Below, in pieces: positions 7,542 through 15,465 of a stretch of DNA of 31,307 nt (position 1 is the stretch's first letter; each line of letters begins with the position of its first letter). Origin of the DNA: a virus (taxonomy: Duplodnaviria; Caudoviricetes); IMG/VR virus record IMGVR_UViG_3300032332_001006, positions 1 through 31,307 of that record; one strand, given 5' to 3'. The position numbers and the translations under genes are program-made. The notes under the pieces are model-generated. The model was not told where the DNA came from. It did no database searches and worked only from the letters and a program-made list of their open reading frames with translations.

Positions 7542-9497
7542 TTAAAAGGGCTCATTTGTCACCTTTTTGCTGAATAAACCAGCCTCAGTTTCTTCGATCA
7601 AACCGTCCTCTTTTGCCTGCTTCACACGGGCCTTCGCTTGCCGTTCCTGCAACCCGGTGGCTTGTTGTACAAATGCGACCACTTGGCTGTATTTAGCCCT
7701 TTCGGGTAACTTGCCCCAATCGATCGACATGGCCTTTCGGCCTACCGACTTTTCAGGCGCTCCCACTTCAATCCATGCCATTCCCCGGTCGGCATGCTTT
7801 AGGTGTACTAACGGTTGCGTCTTACTGGCAATCAAATCGCTCGCAGTAACGCTAGGACGCAAGCCAGACCGCTTTCCGCGCTTGGTTACCTCAAGCTTAT
7901 ATGTGTACGTTCCTTGCTCATCCTGACCGCAAGGAGACAGCATTAAAACGGCTCTTGCCCAATTCGTAAGCTCACTCGATCCAAACCCGCTGTAAGCCTT
8001 GTCGTGCCCCTGATAGCCACTGCCATCCCGTGTTGGCTTTGGCGTATGGTGCATCAACATCCACGCCCATCCTCCTGATAACGCAAGCGGGTTAAGCAAA
8101 TTACGCAAAAAGCCACCTGCCGTCTCTTGGCTAGATAAGTCGCCACCGATAAACGCAAGCAACGGATCTACCCAGGCTAAATCAGGCTTATGCTTATCAC
8201 CCAGACGACGCATCCTATCGACGAACCGCTCCCCCGTGGACGTACAATCACGCACGATCACAATGTTCTGCTTCACGCGCTCCAACTCCTCTGCGGTCAG
8301 ATCCAGCGCCCTTAAAATGCCCTGCAATGCCTCCGCCACATCACCTTCATCGTTCTCGGCTTGGACGATCAGCGACTTCAACGGCTTACCGTGCGGGCTA
8401 ATGCCAAACAGATCACGCCCGGCCGCCCAAGTGATAGCGGCCTGTAAGCACAGCACGCTTTTCCCAAGCCCGCTACTTCCCACCCACAAAGCGGATCCGC
8501 CACGGCAAATCCACCGCTTGCCGAGCAGTTGCGTTATGTCGGCATCTTCCTTGAAATTTACCAACTGCTCCCAGCTGTACGGCTCAGGAATATCACCGTA
8601 AATTGTACGCTCTTGCCACTCCATGTAAGTCAGCGTTGGTGCGCCACATTCGACTAACTCTTGCTGATTACCTGTGGCCGTCCTCATCGCACCGGGCAAC
8701 CTCGACAGCCTGCCTGCGTCCTTGTTTGCTGGATCGGGTTTGCTGTGTTCTAAATGCTTGTAAATAAAATCTACACGCTCGGCAAACTCCTTGGCATTGG
8801 CTGCCCGAATCTCCACCCACGCATGCAGACTGCGTGCCCCGCTCTTAATGATCGACGACGTAGGCAAACCGCTCCGCTTAATTATCGCCCACTGCTCTTG
8901 CAAAGTGCTTTCATCAAACTCAATCAGGCAATGGCGAAACTTGGTGATTGATTCGGCTTTGCGGTTCTTGCCGTTGTTAGCGTTAATGGAGACGTAGACT
9001 CCCACTGCATCGCCCTGCCATTCCTTCAGGCCATCGCCCTTAAACAGCTCTAGCCATTCCTCTCGGCTTCGAGTCTCGCCTGCACCGTCCGGCCGCTCTC
9101 GGTCGCCGTCTTTAATGGATCTTGTGATATTTATGAAATCGCCCACGTCAAAGCAGGTGGTCAGAAACTTGTCGACCGGCCCACTTTCCACGCTTATCGG
9201 CATAGGCGGCACTGGCAAATCCTCCCTCACGATGGCCCCGTTCTGATAGGCATACTTGGCTTTTGGTTTCCACGGCTCCCTAGCTGGCTTGCTGTAAGCG
9301 GATTTTACAGCTGCCACGCACTCCTTTTGCGTTAGCCCGTTCTTATCACCCCATAATTCAGCCTCACACTCCGCATCGAACTGCGACAAGCCTTGGTCAC
9401 GGAACTGTAACGCCATGCGGAACAGTTGTGTGTTGCGCTCACCTTCAGGCGCTCCGTTGTAGTAAACGGCCTCGGTAGCTGGTGGCAGTACAATCAT
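7542..9497 (-). CDS. Primase-helicase (PriCT-like, RepB-type primase, AAA_25/RepA-like helicase)
   Basis: GERNTQLF helical domain; IEFDE...SGARSLHAW...RLSRLPG primase motifs; GSSGLGKS Walker A, WVDPL, MHHTPK and GSSEL. Confidence 0.88.
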   Translation of the reverse strand: MIVLPPATEAVYYNGAPEGERNTQLFRMALQFRDQGLSQFDAECEAELWGDKNGLTQKECVAAVKSAYSKPAREPWKPKAKYAYQNGAIVREDLPVPPMPISVESGPVDKFLTTCFDVGDFINITRSIKDGDRERPDGAGETRSREEWLELFKGDGLKEWQGDAVGVYVSINANNGKNRKAESITKFRHCLIEFDESTLQEQWAIIKRSGLPTSSIIKSGARSLHAWVEIRAANAKEFAERVDFIYKHLEHSKPDPANKDAGRLSRLPGAMRTATGNQQELVECGAPTLTYMEWQERTIYGDIPEPYSWEQLVNFKEDADITQLLGKRWICRGGSALWVGSSGLGKSVLCLQAAITWAAGRDLFGISPHGKPLKSLIVQAENDEGDVAEALQGILRALDLTAEELERVKQNIVIVRDCTSTGERFVDRMRRLGDKHKPDLAWVDPLLAFIGGDLSSQETAGGFLRNLLNPLALSGGWAWMLMHHTPKPTRDGSGYQGHDKAYSGFGSSELTNWARAVLMLSPCGQDEQGTYTYKLEVTKRGKRSGLRPSVTASDLIASKTQPLVHLKHADRGMAWIEVGAPEKSVGRKAMSIDWGKLPERAKYSQVVAFVQQATGLQERQAKARVKQAKEDGLIEETEAGLFSKKVTNEPF

Positions 9498-9685
9498 TTT
9501 TTAACAAGCCCTTCCAACGCTTTTTTAATCACGTACTCAATCACTGCCTCTTGATCTTTTTTTAGCTGCTTCAGCCCAAATGCGTGCAACGCCTTGGCCG
9601 TCTTGGCATCATAGGTTACGTCGACTAAAACTTGCTTGGGCGCAGGCCGTGCTTTGCCAAAAGTAATTTTGCCTAAATCCTTCAT
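9494..9685 (-). CDS. Hypothetical protein
   Basis: 63 aa, coupled to neighbours by overlapping start/stop codons, GGAGG Shine-Dalgarno. Confidence 0.7.
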   Translation of the reverse strand: MKDLGKITFGKARPAPKQVLVDVTYDAKTAKALHAFGLKQLKKDQEAVIEYVIKKALEGLVKK

Positions 9686-9873
9686 TCGCCCTCCTTCGTT
9701 TTCTTCGCCTCAACGGCTTTCGCCTTAAATCCCTCGGCCTGCTTCAGCATTTCCGTTGCCATAAGAACGGCAAGATCCAGCCTAGTGCGTACTGCGTCGT
9801 ACTGCTTTCTCAGCAAATTCTTTTTCGCACGTTCGAGCACGGCGAGATGCCAGGTTAAACGCTTTACGCTCAC
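9682..9873 (-). CDS. Hypothetical protein
   Basis: GTGA-coupled start at 9873 (MSVKRLTWHL...). Confidence 0.6.
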   Translation of the reverse strand: MSVKRLTWHLAVLERAKKNLLRKQYDAVRTRLDLAVLMATEMLKQAEGFKAKAVEAKKTKEGE

Positions 9874-10022
9874 CACTGCCCCATTCCCCACCTGTGGCGA
9901 TTGGCGCGGGCCTCTCGCACGCATTCGGCGTACTGCTTCGGCGTGTAAGTGCCGATGACGCGGGCGGAGAAAAAGGCAAGAAGCTGCTTAAATGTCACTG
10001 CTTTGTTTTCCGTCGGTATCAT
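9870..10022 (-). CDS. Hypothetical protein
   Basis: MIPTENKAVTF...; stop overlaps the next start. Confidence 0.5.
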   Translation of the reverse strand: MIPTENKAVTFKQLLAFFSARVIGTYTPKQYAECVREARANRHRWGMGQW

Positions 10023-10260
10023 TTTCCTGAGTTTCAGCTTCGGTTTCTTCAGCTGAATCATTGTCCTGCACCTCAGCCTCGATTTCTTCGGCGGCTACCT
10101 CTTGTTCAAATTCTTCCCTGCCGCAATTACATACATCTGACGCGTCGTGAATTACGCAATCTATATGATGATTAGGATAAAGTCGTAGCTTTTCAGATTG
10201 AATAGCAATTTCCGCCAACATGTAGCTCCCGTAATGGGGGTTTAATGGATTTAGATTCAT
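9988..10260 (-). CDS. Small acidic protein with a His/Cys cluster
   Basis: ATGA-coupled start at 10260; HHIDCVIH...CNCG followed by a Glu-rich tail. Confidence 0.6.
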   Translation of the reverse strand: MNLNPLNPHYGSYMLAEIAIQSEKLRLYPNHHIDCVIHDASDVCNCGREEFEQEVAAEEIEAEVQDNDSAEETEAETQENDTDGKQSSDI

Positions 10261-10448
10261 TTTCTTTTTTCCTTTTTTTCTTGTTTGTTTAGATATTTTT
10301 CCCATTCAACTTTTGCGTTTTCGGCCTCTTCATCTGTGGCGAACGGCCCCCAGCCACACTTGGGCCAACCTTCAGACATGTAGAATCGCTCGCCCATTGG
10401 ATAACCTGCATCGGTAAAAAGCCGGCGGCCTATAATCTTTAACTTCAC
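10257..10448 (-). CDS. Hypothetical protein
   Basis: 63 aa, coupled at both ends. Confidence 0.65.
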   Translation of the reverse strand: MKLKIIGRRLFTDAGYPMGERFYMSEGWPKCGWGPFATDEEAENAKVEWEKYLNKQEKKEKRK

Positions 10449-10726
10449 AGCACCGCCTTTGGCAGCGGCCCTGCCAGTTTGTAGTGGTACTTGGTGGCGT
10501 CGTATTCCAGCGGGTAGCCAAAGAAGTCACGCAGCAGATCAATGTCCCGCTGGATGGTCTTGTAGCTACATTCGAGCTTAACGCCCAACCTGGCACAGCT
10601 AGGCAGCGTCAGATCTCGGCGCAACATTCCAGCGATCACACCAAGGCGGCGGAACGTAGGCCGTGTATCGCCAAGGCCAGCAGCGCGATTGCGTTTAGAT
10701 GCAAACGTGGCGGCTTTCGTTCTCAC
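10445..10726 (-). CDS. Stand-alone winged-HTH protein (HTH_11, WYL-regulator type)
   Basis: LGVKLECSYKTIQRDIDLLRDFFGYPLEYD matches the N-terminal wHTH pattern of WYL regulators; no WYL domain follows. Confidence 0.75.
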   Translation of the reverse strand: MRTKAATFASKRNRAAGLGDTRPTFRRLGVIAGMLRRDLTLPSCARLGVKLECSYKTIQRDIDLLRDFFGYPLEYDATKYHYKLAGPLPKAVL

Positions 10727-11151
10727 TTCATCACCTCCACCATCGCTACCTTCGGCAACCGCATCGCGTTAAACTGCTTTTCACTGGCTGCGAATACGTC
10801 CACTACAGGCAACTTGCCACCGCTCGCCTTTTTGCTCTTAACTGCCGTGCCCGTATCCACAGCCACCCACTCCCGCTTCGCGCCCATAACGCGGATCTTT
10901 GACCACAACGGAATGATGTCTGGATCAACGGCGCAGTGACGACCAGCACGCAACCTGGTGCCAGTGCTCGATTGATAGCGGCTGCTCCACTCGTCCTCAC
11001 CCGGCCAGTAGCCAGTGATACGCACTTTAATTTTCTTAACGTCGATCTTTTTTGACTCTGGCCGTAGATCGATCATCACGTTCGATGCCTGCGTCACTGG
11101 GAACCCAAAGAACGCCAGAAACGTAAGCACTACGTTGCAAAGCGCCCTCAT
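10723..11151 (-). CDS. 3D-domain protein with an N-terminal signal or anchor
   Basis: ITGY...AVDPDIIPLWSKI...AVDTGTAVK...VDVF, with the three conserved Asp. Confidence 0.82.
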   Translation of the reverse strand: MRALCNVVLTFLAFFGFPVTQASNVMIDLRPESKKIDVKKIKVRITGYWPGEDEWSSRYQSSTGTRLRAGRHCAVDPDIIPLWSKIRVMGAKREWVAVDTGTAVKSKKASGGKLPVVDVFAASEKQFNAMRLPKVAMVEVMK

Positions 11152-11300
11152 AGCCCCGGCCTCATCCGCTCGATCAGATCGTTCTCGCGTCCTTCAGCAG
11201 CCGCCAGCGCAGCCTTCGCCTCTGCCAGCTCACGGGCCAACGAGCGCACGCGGTTTAACAACTGCTCGTGGGTGGATTGTTCGGGTAGGATCTCGATCAC
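11148..11300 (-). CDS. Small coiled-coil protein (50 aa, not in the ORF track)
   Basis: MIEILPEQSTHEQLLNRVRSLARELAEAK...; GTGA and ATGA coupling at the two ends. Confidence 0.7.
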   Translation of the reverse strand: MIEILPEQSTHEQLLNRVRSLARELAEAKAALAAAEGRENDLIERMRPGL

Positions 11301-12079
11301 AACTTTACCTCACGCGGGTCGTACTTCTTCAACCAGCGCCACACCTTGCAAATGGACGTGAACGCCTCAAACGCCTGGGCAACTTGATCGGCGGTGTAGC
11401 GAATGTCCTGCAACTGGCCGGTGACTGGATCGATCAGAATGTTTCGGCAAGCCATCCCATCGTCGGTAAATGCGTATGCGTAGGCACTCAGCTGCAAAAG
11501 ATCAGTTTCATAGCCCGATGCTTTTGAGACGCCTTTCGCATCCTTCTTAAATTTTCTGGTTTTAAAATCGATAACCTCCATCTCGCCATGGATCTGGGCG
11601 ATCAAATCTACTCGCCCTGCGTACCCTTCGGCCTCATTCACTAGCACGGATTCACTGGCGTGAACTTTAGTCACGCAACACTCACGCCATTCTTTTAGCC
11701 CTGCATAATGCTCCTCGTAGCCTTTGACTAGGTCACCAGGTTCCTGCCTATTGATTATCATTTCAGCCAGGTAATGAATGTGAGTCCCGCGGGCAGCAGC
11801 GGCCTCTACTTCCTTTCTGCTGTCCAATACCACCCGCTTGGCAAAATCGGCCAACGATTCACCATCGTTGCGGGGGAGCGAAAGAGCAGCAGCAATCGCC
11901 TGCTCTTCTTTCCAATTCATTAGCCCCTGTTTACTAGGGCCAGCCGCTCCGAGGATTGTAGTTACCGAGGGAAACGCCCCCACCTTGCGGGCGGATCGCA
12001 GATCACCGTGGCACGACTCACCCGACGCCAGGTAATAGTGCGACGACTCCGTCTTTGCCGTGGCAATAAGCGCAGCCAT
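11297..12079 (-). CDS. PD-(D/E)XK exonuclease (phage recombination type)
   Basis: PSVTTIL, RGTHIH, YAGRVDL, IDFKT and QLSAY motifs; TAATG-coupled start at 12079. Confidence 0.88.
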   Translation of the reverse strand: MAALIATAKTESSHYYLASGESCHGDLRSARKVGAFPSVTTILGAAGPSKQGLMNWKEEQAIAAALSLPRNDGESLADFAKRVVLDSRKEVEAAAARGTHIHYLAEMIINRQEPGDLVKGYEEHYAGLKEWRECCVTKVHASESVLVNEAEGYAGRVDLIAQIHGEMEVIDFKTRKFKKDAKGVSKASGYETDLLQLSAYAYAFTDDGMACRNILIDPVTGQLQDIRYTADQVAQAFEAFTSICKVWRWLKKYDPREVKL

Positions 12080-12174
12080 TACTGCCAGTCCTTCAGCAAG
12101 CGCATGGTCATTAGAGCCAGCACGACTGCTGTGGTTGGGAACACGATTTGAACTATCAAAGTTAGGATTTCCAT
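12079..12174 (-). CDS. 31-aa single-TM peptide
   Basis: MEILTLIVQIVFPTTAVVLALMTMRLLKDWQ, TAATG-coupled to the nuclease. Confidence 0.55.
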   Translation of the reverse strand: MEILTLIVQIVFPTTAVVLALMTMRLLKDWQ

Positions 12175-12188
12175 TTTGGTATTCTTTC

Positions 12189-12219
12189 TGGCCGAGGTGG
12201 GGATTGCCCACCCCGGCCA
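12189..12219 (-). terminator. GC-rich stem-loop after the SSB-like gene
   Basis: TGGCCGGGGTGGG/CCCACCTCGGCCA stem on the minus strand; no U-tract, so it may be an mRNA-stabilising hairpin. Confidence 0.45.
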
Positions 12220-12224
12220 AGTGC

Positions 12225-12707
12225 TCAGAACGGCACGGGTGTACCGTCGGCATCTAACTCGACGACGGCTGGTTTCGGTGCGCCCGGACGATTGCATTTC
12301 CGAACGAAGTCCTTATCGACTTTGATTTTGTTCGCTCCGGCAGGCAGTACCGCCTGCACGTTTGCGTATGTAGAGCCATCACGCTCCGCATGTGTCACGA
12401 GGATCTGGCACGGCTTACCGATAAGCGTTTCCAGATCCAGATTCTGCGGGGGTGCTTTCTTGGCATAAGACTTGAGGTCTTTAAACAGAGCTGCCTTCTC
12501 ATGCAGGCTCAGTCCGTAACGCCGGCCGATGGTGAACGGCCGCCCGTCCTCCATCTTTTCAGCGATCTGCCAGACCAACCTGATCTGGTGCTTCTTTCCA
12601 TATTGCGTCTCCACAACGCCGAGATCCTCAACGTCGCAGAACACTGCGTCGTGATTCCCTTCCGGGGCTGGCGTATATGTGCCCCCTCTTGATGCTACGA
12701 TTGGCAT
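12225..12707 (-). CDS. Single-stranded DNA-binding protein (putative)
   Basis: PAPEGNHDAVFCDVEDLG, LIGKPCQILV and YANV motifs; acidic tail ending DADGTPVPF; adjacent to the exonuclease. Confidence 0.7.
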   Translation of the reverse strand: MPIVASRGGTYTPAPEGNHDAVFCDVEDLGVVETQYGKKHQIRLVWQIAEKMEDGRPFTIGRRYGLSLHEKAALFKDLKSYAKKAPPQNLDLETLIGKPCQILVTHAERDGSTYANVQAVLPAGANKIKVDKDFVRKCNRPGAPKPAVVELDADGTPVPF

Positions 12708-12757
12708 ACTAGGATTTCCTTTCTTGGTTTCTTTGTTTTTGTTTCTTGGATTTGCGA

Positions 12758-12973
12758 CTACTCGTCGTCGCAAAAATCGTTATTCCTGTGCGGTTGGTTA
12801 AGGTCTTGGAACTCGCGGTCGGCCAAGTGCCAAGCGATCTCATGCTTGCGTGCCAAGTCCTTGGCTTGCGCTAGGTCGCCACGATTGACTGCTTTCACAA
12901 CCCGCTCGGCTGAATTGCGACAGGCCATCACTTCAATGTTTTCGATCAGGCGAAATTTGGTCAGGTCGGTCAT
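12758..12973 (-). CDS. Hypothetical protein
   Basis: 71-aa ORF in the operon. Confidence 0.65.
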   Translation of the reverse strand: MTDLTKFRLIENIEVMACRNSAERVVKAVNRGDLAQAKDLARKHEIAWHLADREFQDLNQPHRNNDFCDDE

Positions 12974-12975
12974 AA

Positions 12976-13116
12976 TTAGCCCCGTCGGTTGTTGCCGTAG
13001 TAATCCGCGAAACGCTGTTCCTCATATTCAGAGTCAGCTTCCTCCCGCTCATAGACGTCGTATTCGTAGTCCGGCTTGTCGTTGTTGATAGGTGTCTCGT
13101 TGGTTGGTTCGCTCAT
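12976..13116 (-). CDS. 46-aa acidic Tyr-rich protein (not in the ORF track)
   Basis: AAGGAG Shine-Dalgarno, ATGA coupling; MSEPTNETPINNDKPDYEYDVYEREEADSEYEEQRFADYYGNNRRG. Confidence 0.7.
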   Translation of the reverse strand: MSEPTNETPINNDKPDYEYDVYEREEADSEYEEQRFADYYGNNRRG

Positions 13117-13448
13117 TTTGTTTTCTCCTTCATCGACAAGCGGAATGATTTGGCAGTCATCGCCACTGCCTCAGCCGTCAGGCACTTGGTTGTGAAACGC
13201 CAGATGCGCCAGCCCAGGTCGGCGGCCGCTCGGTATTTTTCGCAATCTTTCACCATCCCCATACCTCGCCCGTGACGGCCGCCAAACGGTAGGAACGCAC
13301 CGCCGTCCAGCTCGATCGCGCAGCGGGCGGATTTGCAGGCAAAGTCGAAACGCCATTTGCGTGTCGGGTGGAACGTGTGCTCAGCCACCAGCTCCGGGCC
13401 ACCAGCCACCTTCCAAAGAACGAGGAACTTGCTGGCCAATGCGCTCAC
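13113..13448 (-). CDS. Vsr/DUF559-like restriction-fold endonuclease
   Basis: EHTFHPTRKWRFDFA...IELDGG...GRH...DCEKY...GWRIWRF. Confidence 0.82.
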   Translation of the reverse strand: MSALASKFLVLWKVAGGPELVAEHTFHPTRKWRFDFACKSARCAIELDGGAFLPFGGRHGRGMGMVKDCEKYRAAADLGWRIWRFTTKCLTAEAVAMTAKSFRLSMKEKTK

Positions 13449-13636
13449 GATTGCACCCCGCTTTTCTTTAAGAGGCTTTCCAGAATCTCCTCTATGCGGT
13501 CTAGGCGATTGCGGAGATCGCGATGCTTGGTCTGAAGATCAATCAGAGCAGTCGTCTGAGAGAGCTGGGCAGATCCGTAGGATTGGGCTGCACTGATGGG
13601 CAATACGCCCTCTTGCTCAAGGTCACTCACGCTCAC
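13445..13636 (-). CDS. Hypothetical coiled-coil protein
   Basis: GTGA-coupled start at 13636 with an AAGGAG Shine-Dalgarno. Confidence 0.6.
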   Translation of the reverse strand: MSVSDLEQEGVLPISAAQSYGSAQLSQTTALIDLQTKHRDLRNRLDRIEEILESLLKKSGVQS

Positions 13637-13785
13637 AGCAACTCCTTGCGGATAAAATCTACGACCCAGAAAAAGATCACCGCGCCAATGGTCAGGCCGG
13701 TGATTCCGCAACCGATCGCCAGTAGCCAACCAAGGATTAAGGCCGATACCTGGGCAAGATCCCGCATGACTTCCCAAGAGATCAT
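13633..13785 (-). CDS. 50-aa membrane protein (not in the ORF track)
   Basis: MISWEVMRDLAQVSALILGWLLAIGCGITGLTIGAVIFFWVVDFIRKELL. Confidence 0.65.
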   Translation of the reverse strand: MISWEVMRDLAQVSALILGWLLAIGCGITGLTIGAVIFFWVVDFIRKELL

Positions 13786-14045
13786 TTGCTGGCCTCATGC
13801 TGGGCGTGCCACATACGGCACACGGCGGGGTTAGGGTGATAAACGAACGCTTCTGACGTTAAATCGTACCCGCCCCGCGAATTTAAATTTAGTTGTTGGT
13901 AGTGAGCCTTTTTAGGCTCAGTTATTACCGCCGTGTTACCGTTTCGGCGTAAGTCGTTATAGTGATAATCATCGGACGGGGTGGGATTTGAACCCACGGT
14001 ACAATTACCTGATTGGATTTGACTGATTATGATTGGCACGTTCAT
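13782..14045 (-). CDS. Possible ORF spanning attP
   Basis: 87 codons; stop is ATGA-coupled to the 13785 gene; reads through the att core. Confidence 0.3.
   Translation of the reverse strand: MNVPIIISQIQSGNCTVGSNPTPSDDYHYNDLRRNGNTAVITEPKKAHYQQLNLNSRGGYDLTSEAFVYHPNPAVCRMWHAQHEASK
13973..14001 (-). mobile_element. attP core: 3' end of a tRNA gene (probably tRNA-Ser)
   Basis: ACCGTGGGTTCAAATCCCACCCCGTCCG is a T-arm plus 3' acceptor strand, ~90 bp upstream of int; TGTTACC repeats flank it at 13935 and 14074. Confidence 0.82.
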
Positions 14046-14089
14046 TGTATATTATTGCGTTAAACTGCCCAAATGTTACCCTTGTAACT

Positions 14090-15190
14090 ATGGCCTATTC
14101 CTACATTAAAAAAGGAAATCCGTGGTTCTATATTCGCTTTAAAGATCCCACGGGCAAGTGGCGCACTAAAAGCACCCGCTACCGAATCGACAATACCCTT
14201 CACCGCGCAAAGGCAACGGCTGAGGCCGCTCGACTTGGGGTTAATGAAAAACGTAAAGACAGCGGCAGCGATTGGGTTGACGATTTGATTGAAAATCACC
14301 CTGTTTCTCCTCTGACAAAAGTGTATTACAGGAATTGCTGGCGTCATCTTGCGCGTTTTATTATCGAAAAGAAAATAACCCTGCAAGCGTTTTCTCCATC
14401 CGATTGTGAAATTTATTTGAAGTGGCGCCAAAGCCTCCCACGCACGTCCGGCGGCAAGGCTGGCAGGAACCAAGCCTGCCAAGATCTGAAGATTCTGAAA
14501 TGGATTCACCGCCAAGGCAGACTGCTGGGCAAGATGGATTCTGTCGCTCTTCTGGATTACAGAATTAAGAGGGGGCCGATCTCCCGCGTTAAACCCATTT
14601 TTTCGGATAATGAAGTTAAAATCACCCGGAAGGCTCTGGCCGTCGACGGTGTGCCCGAATGGATGCGAATCAGCTTTGAGATTGCCCTGGCTACGGGCTG
14701 TCGCCTTCGTGAGACACAGATCCCGCTCGACTGCGTGGATCTGAAAAACCGCATCCTGACTTTCCCCTGCCCCAAGGGCGGAGCTGGCAAATCGTTCAGC
14801 ATTCCCATCCCGGCCGCTATCGAACCCATGCTGGCTAAGATGAATGCGGAGGGGCGAGAGGTCACTTGCATTGTGCCCAGCACGCGAGCCTCGCTTTGCT
14901 GGCGCAGGCTGCTGGATATATGCGGCCTCAAACGTCACTGTTTTCATTCCCTTCGCGTGACTCGTGTGACTCGATTGAGGCTTTCAGGGTGTTCGCAATC
15001 TGTAGCCATGAGACTCGTGAACCATTCTTCGACTCTAGTGCATGAACTTTACCAACGGCACTGTGTAGACGACTTGCGCGATGCTGTGAATTTAGGCCAG
15101 TCGTCTGCATCATCCGCCACCGATCAAAGTCGCTCGGAATTACCTTACCCGCGATCAGCGGGAATCCAGGCAGTGACTGCATTTGCTTAA
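14090..15190 (+). CDS. int: Tyrosine integrase
   Basis: N-terminal arm-binding-like domain and catalytic R(TGCR)-K(PKGG)-HSLR-H(VNH)-Y(ELY); adjacent to attP. Confidence 0.93.
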   Translation: MAYSYIKKGNPWFYIRFKDPTGKWRTKSTRYRIDNTLHRAKATAEAARLGVNEKRKDSGSDWVDDLIENHPVSPLTKVYYRNCWRHLARFIIEKKITLQAFSPSDCEIYLKWRQSLPRTSGGKAGRNQACQDLKILKWIHRQGRLLGKMDSVALLDYRIKRGPISRVKPIFSDNEVKITRKALAVDGVPEWMRISFEIALATGCRLRETQIPLDCVDLKNRILTFPCPKGGAGKSFSIPIPAAIEPMLAKMNAEGREVTCIVPSTRASLCWRRLLDICGLKRHCFHSLRVTRVTRLRLSGCSQSVAMRLVNHSSTLVHELYQRHCVDDLRDAVNLGQSSASSATDQSRSELPYPRSAGIQAVTAFA

Positions 15191-15296
15191 TCCGCACGTA
15201 GCCCAGCCCGTAAGCGGCGCCTAATTGGCGAAGGGAAAGAGCTCGGTTCTCCTGGCGGAGTTTCATTGCACTATCGTTGAGACGCACCGAGCTCAT
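14928..15296 (-). CDS. Excisionase/AlpA-like protein
   Basis: LSLRQLGAAYGLGYVRIKQM...GFPL...SDFDRW pattern; convergent with int and overlapping it. Confidence 0.6.
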   Translation of the reverse strand: MSSVRLNDSAMKLRQENRALSLRQLGAAYGLGYVRIKQMQSLPGFPLIAGKVIPSDFDRWRMMQTTGLNSQHRASRLHSAVGKVHALESKNGSRVSWLQIANTLKASIESHESREGNENSDV

Positions 15297-15303
15297 AGCG
15301 TAT

Positions 15304-15465
15304 CTAGCTTTGCTCTCCCGCCGCTATTGCGAGCAGTTGGGTGATGAGCTGGGAAAGCGAAATACGACGTGCAGCGGCAAGTTTTTGTGATGCTTTTTTT
15401 AACGCAACGGGCAAAACGATATTGGTCTTTTCTGCTTTTAAACCGCTGAGTGGACGACGTGGCAT
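15304..15465 (-). CDS. Ribbon-helix-helix regulator, Cro-position (53 aa, not in the ORF track)
   Basis: MPRRPLSGLKAEKTNIVLPVALKKASQKLAAARRISLSQLITQLLAIAAGEQS. Confidence 0.8.
   Translation of the reverse strand: MPRRPLSGLKAEKTNIVLPVALKKASQKLAAARRISLSQLITQLLAIAAGEQS

Noticed and set aside
9144-9151. Other TTGACG/TTGACC hexamers inside genes (e.g. near 9145, 23983, 28355)
   Set aside because: No start codon at the characteristic distance; treated as background.
11297-12079. Cas4/CRISPR assignment for the PD-(D/E)XK nuclease
   Set aside because: No Fe-S Cys cluster pattern and no CRISPR context; it sits beside an SSB-like gene like an ordinary phage exonuclease. The track's start at 12253 runs over an upstream gene and a hairpin.
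13445-13798. Single 117-aa ORF as given in the track
   Set aside because: Better explained as two coupled genes (13633-13785 and 13445-13636) with a Shine-Dalgarno and a GTGA overlap.
13973-14050. Complete tRNA gene
   Set aside because: Only the T-arm and 3' acceptor strand are recognisable; no D-arm or 5' acceptor strand, so it is called as the attP core.
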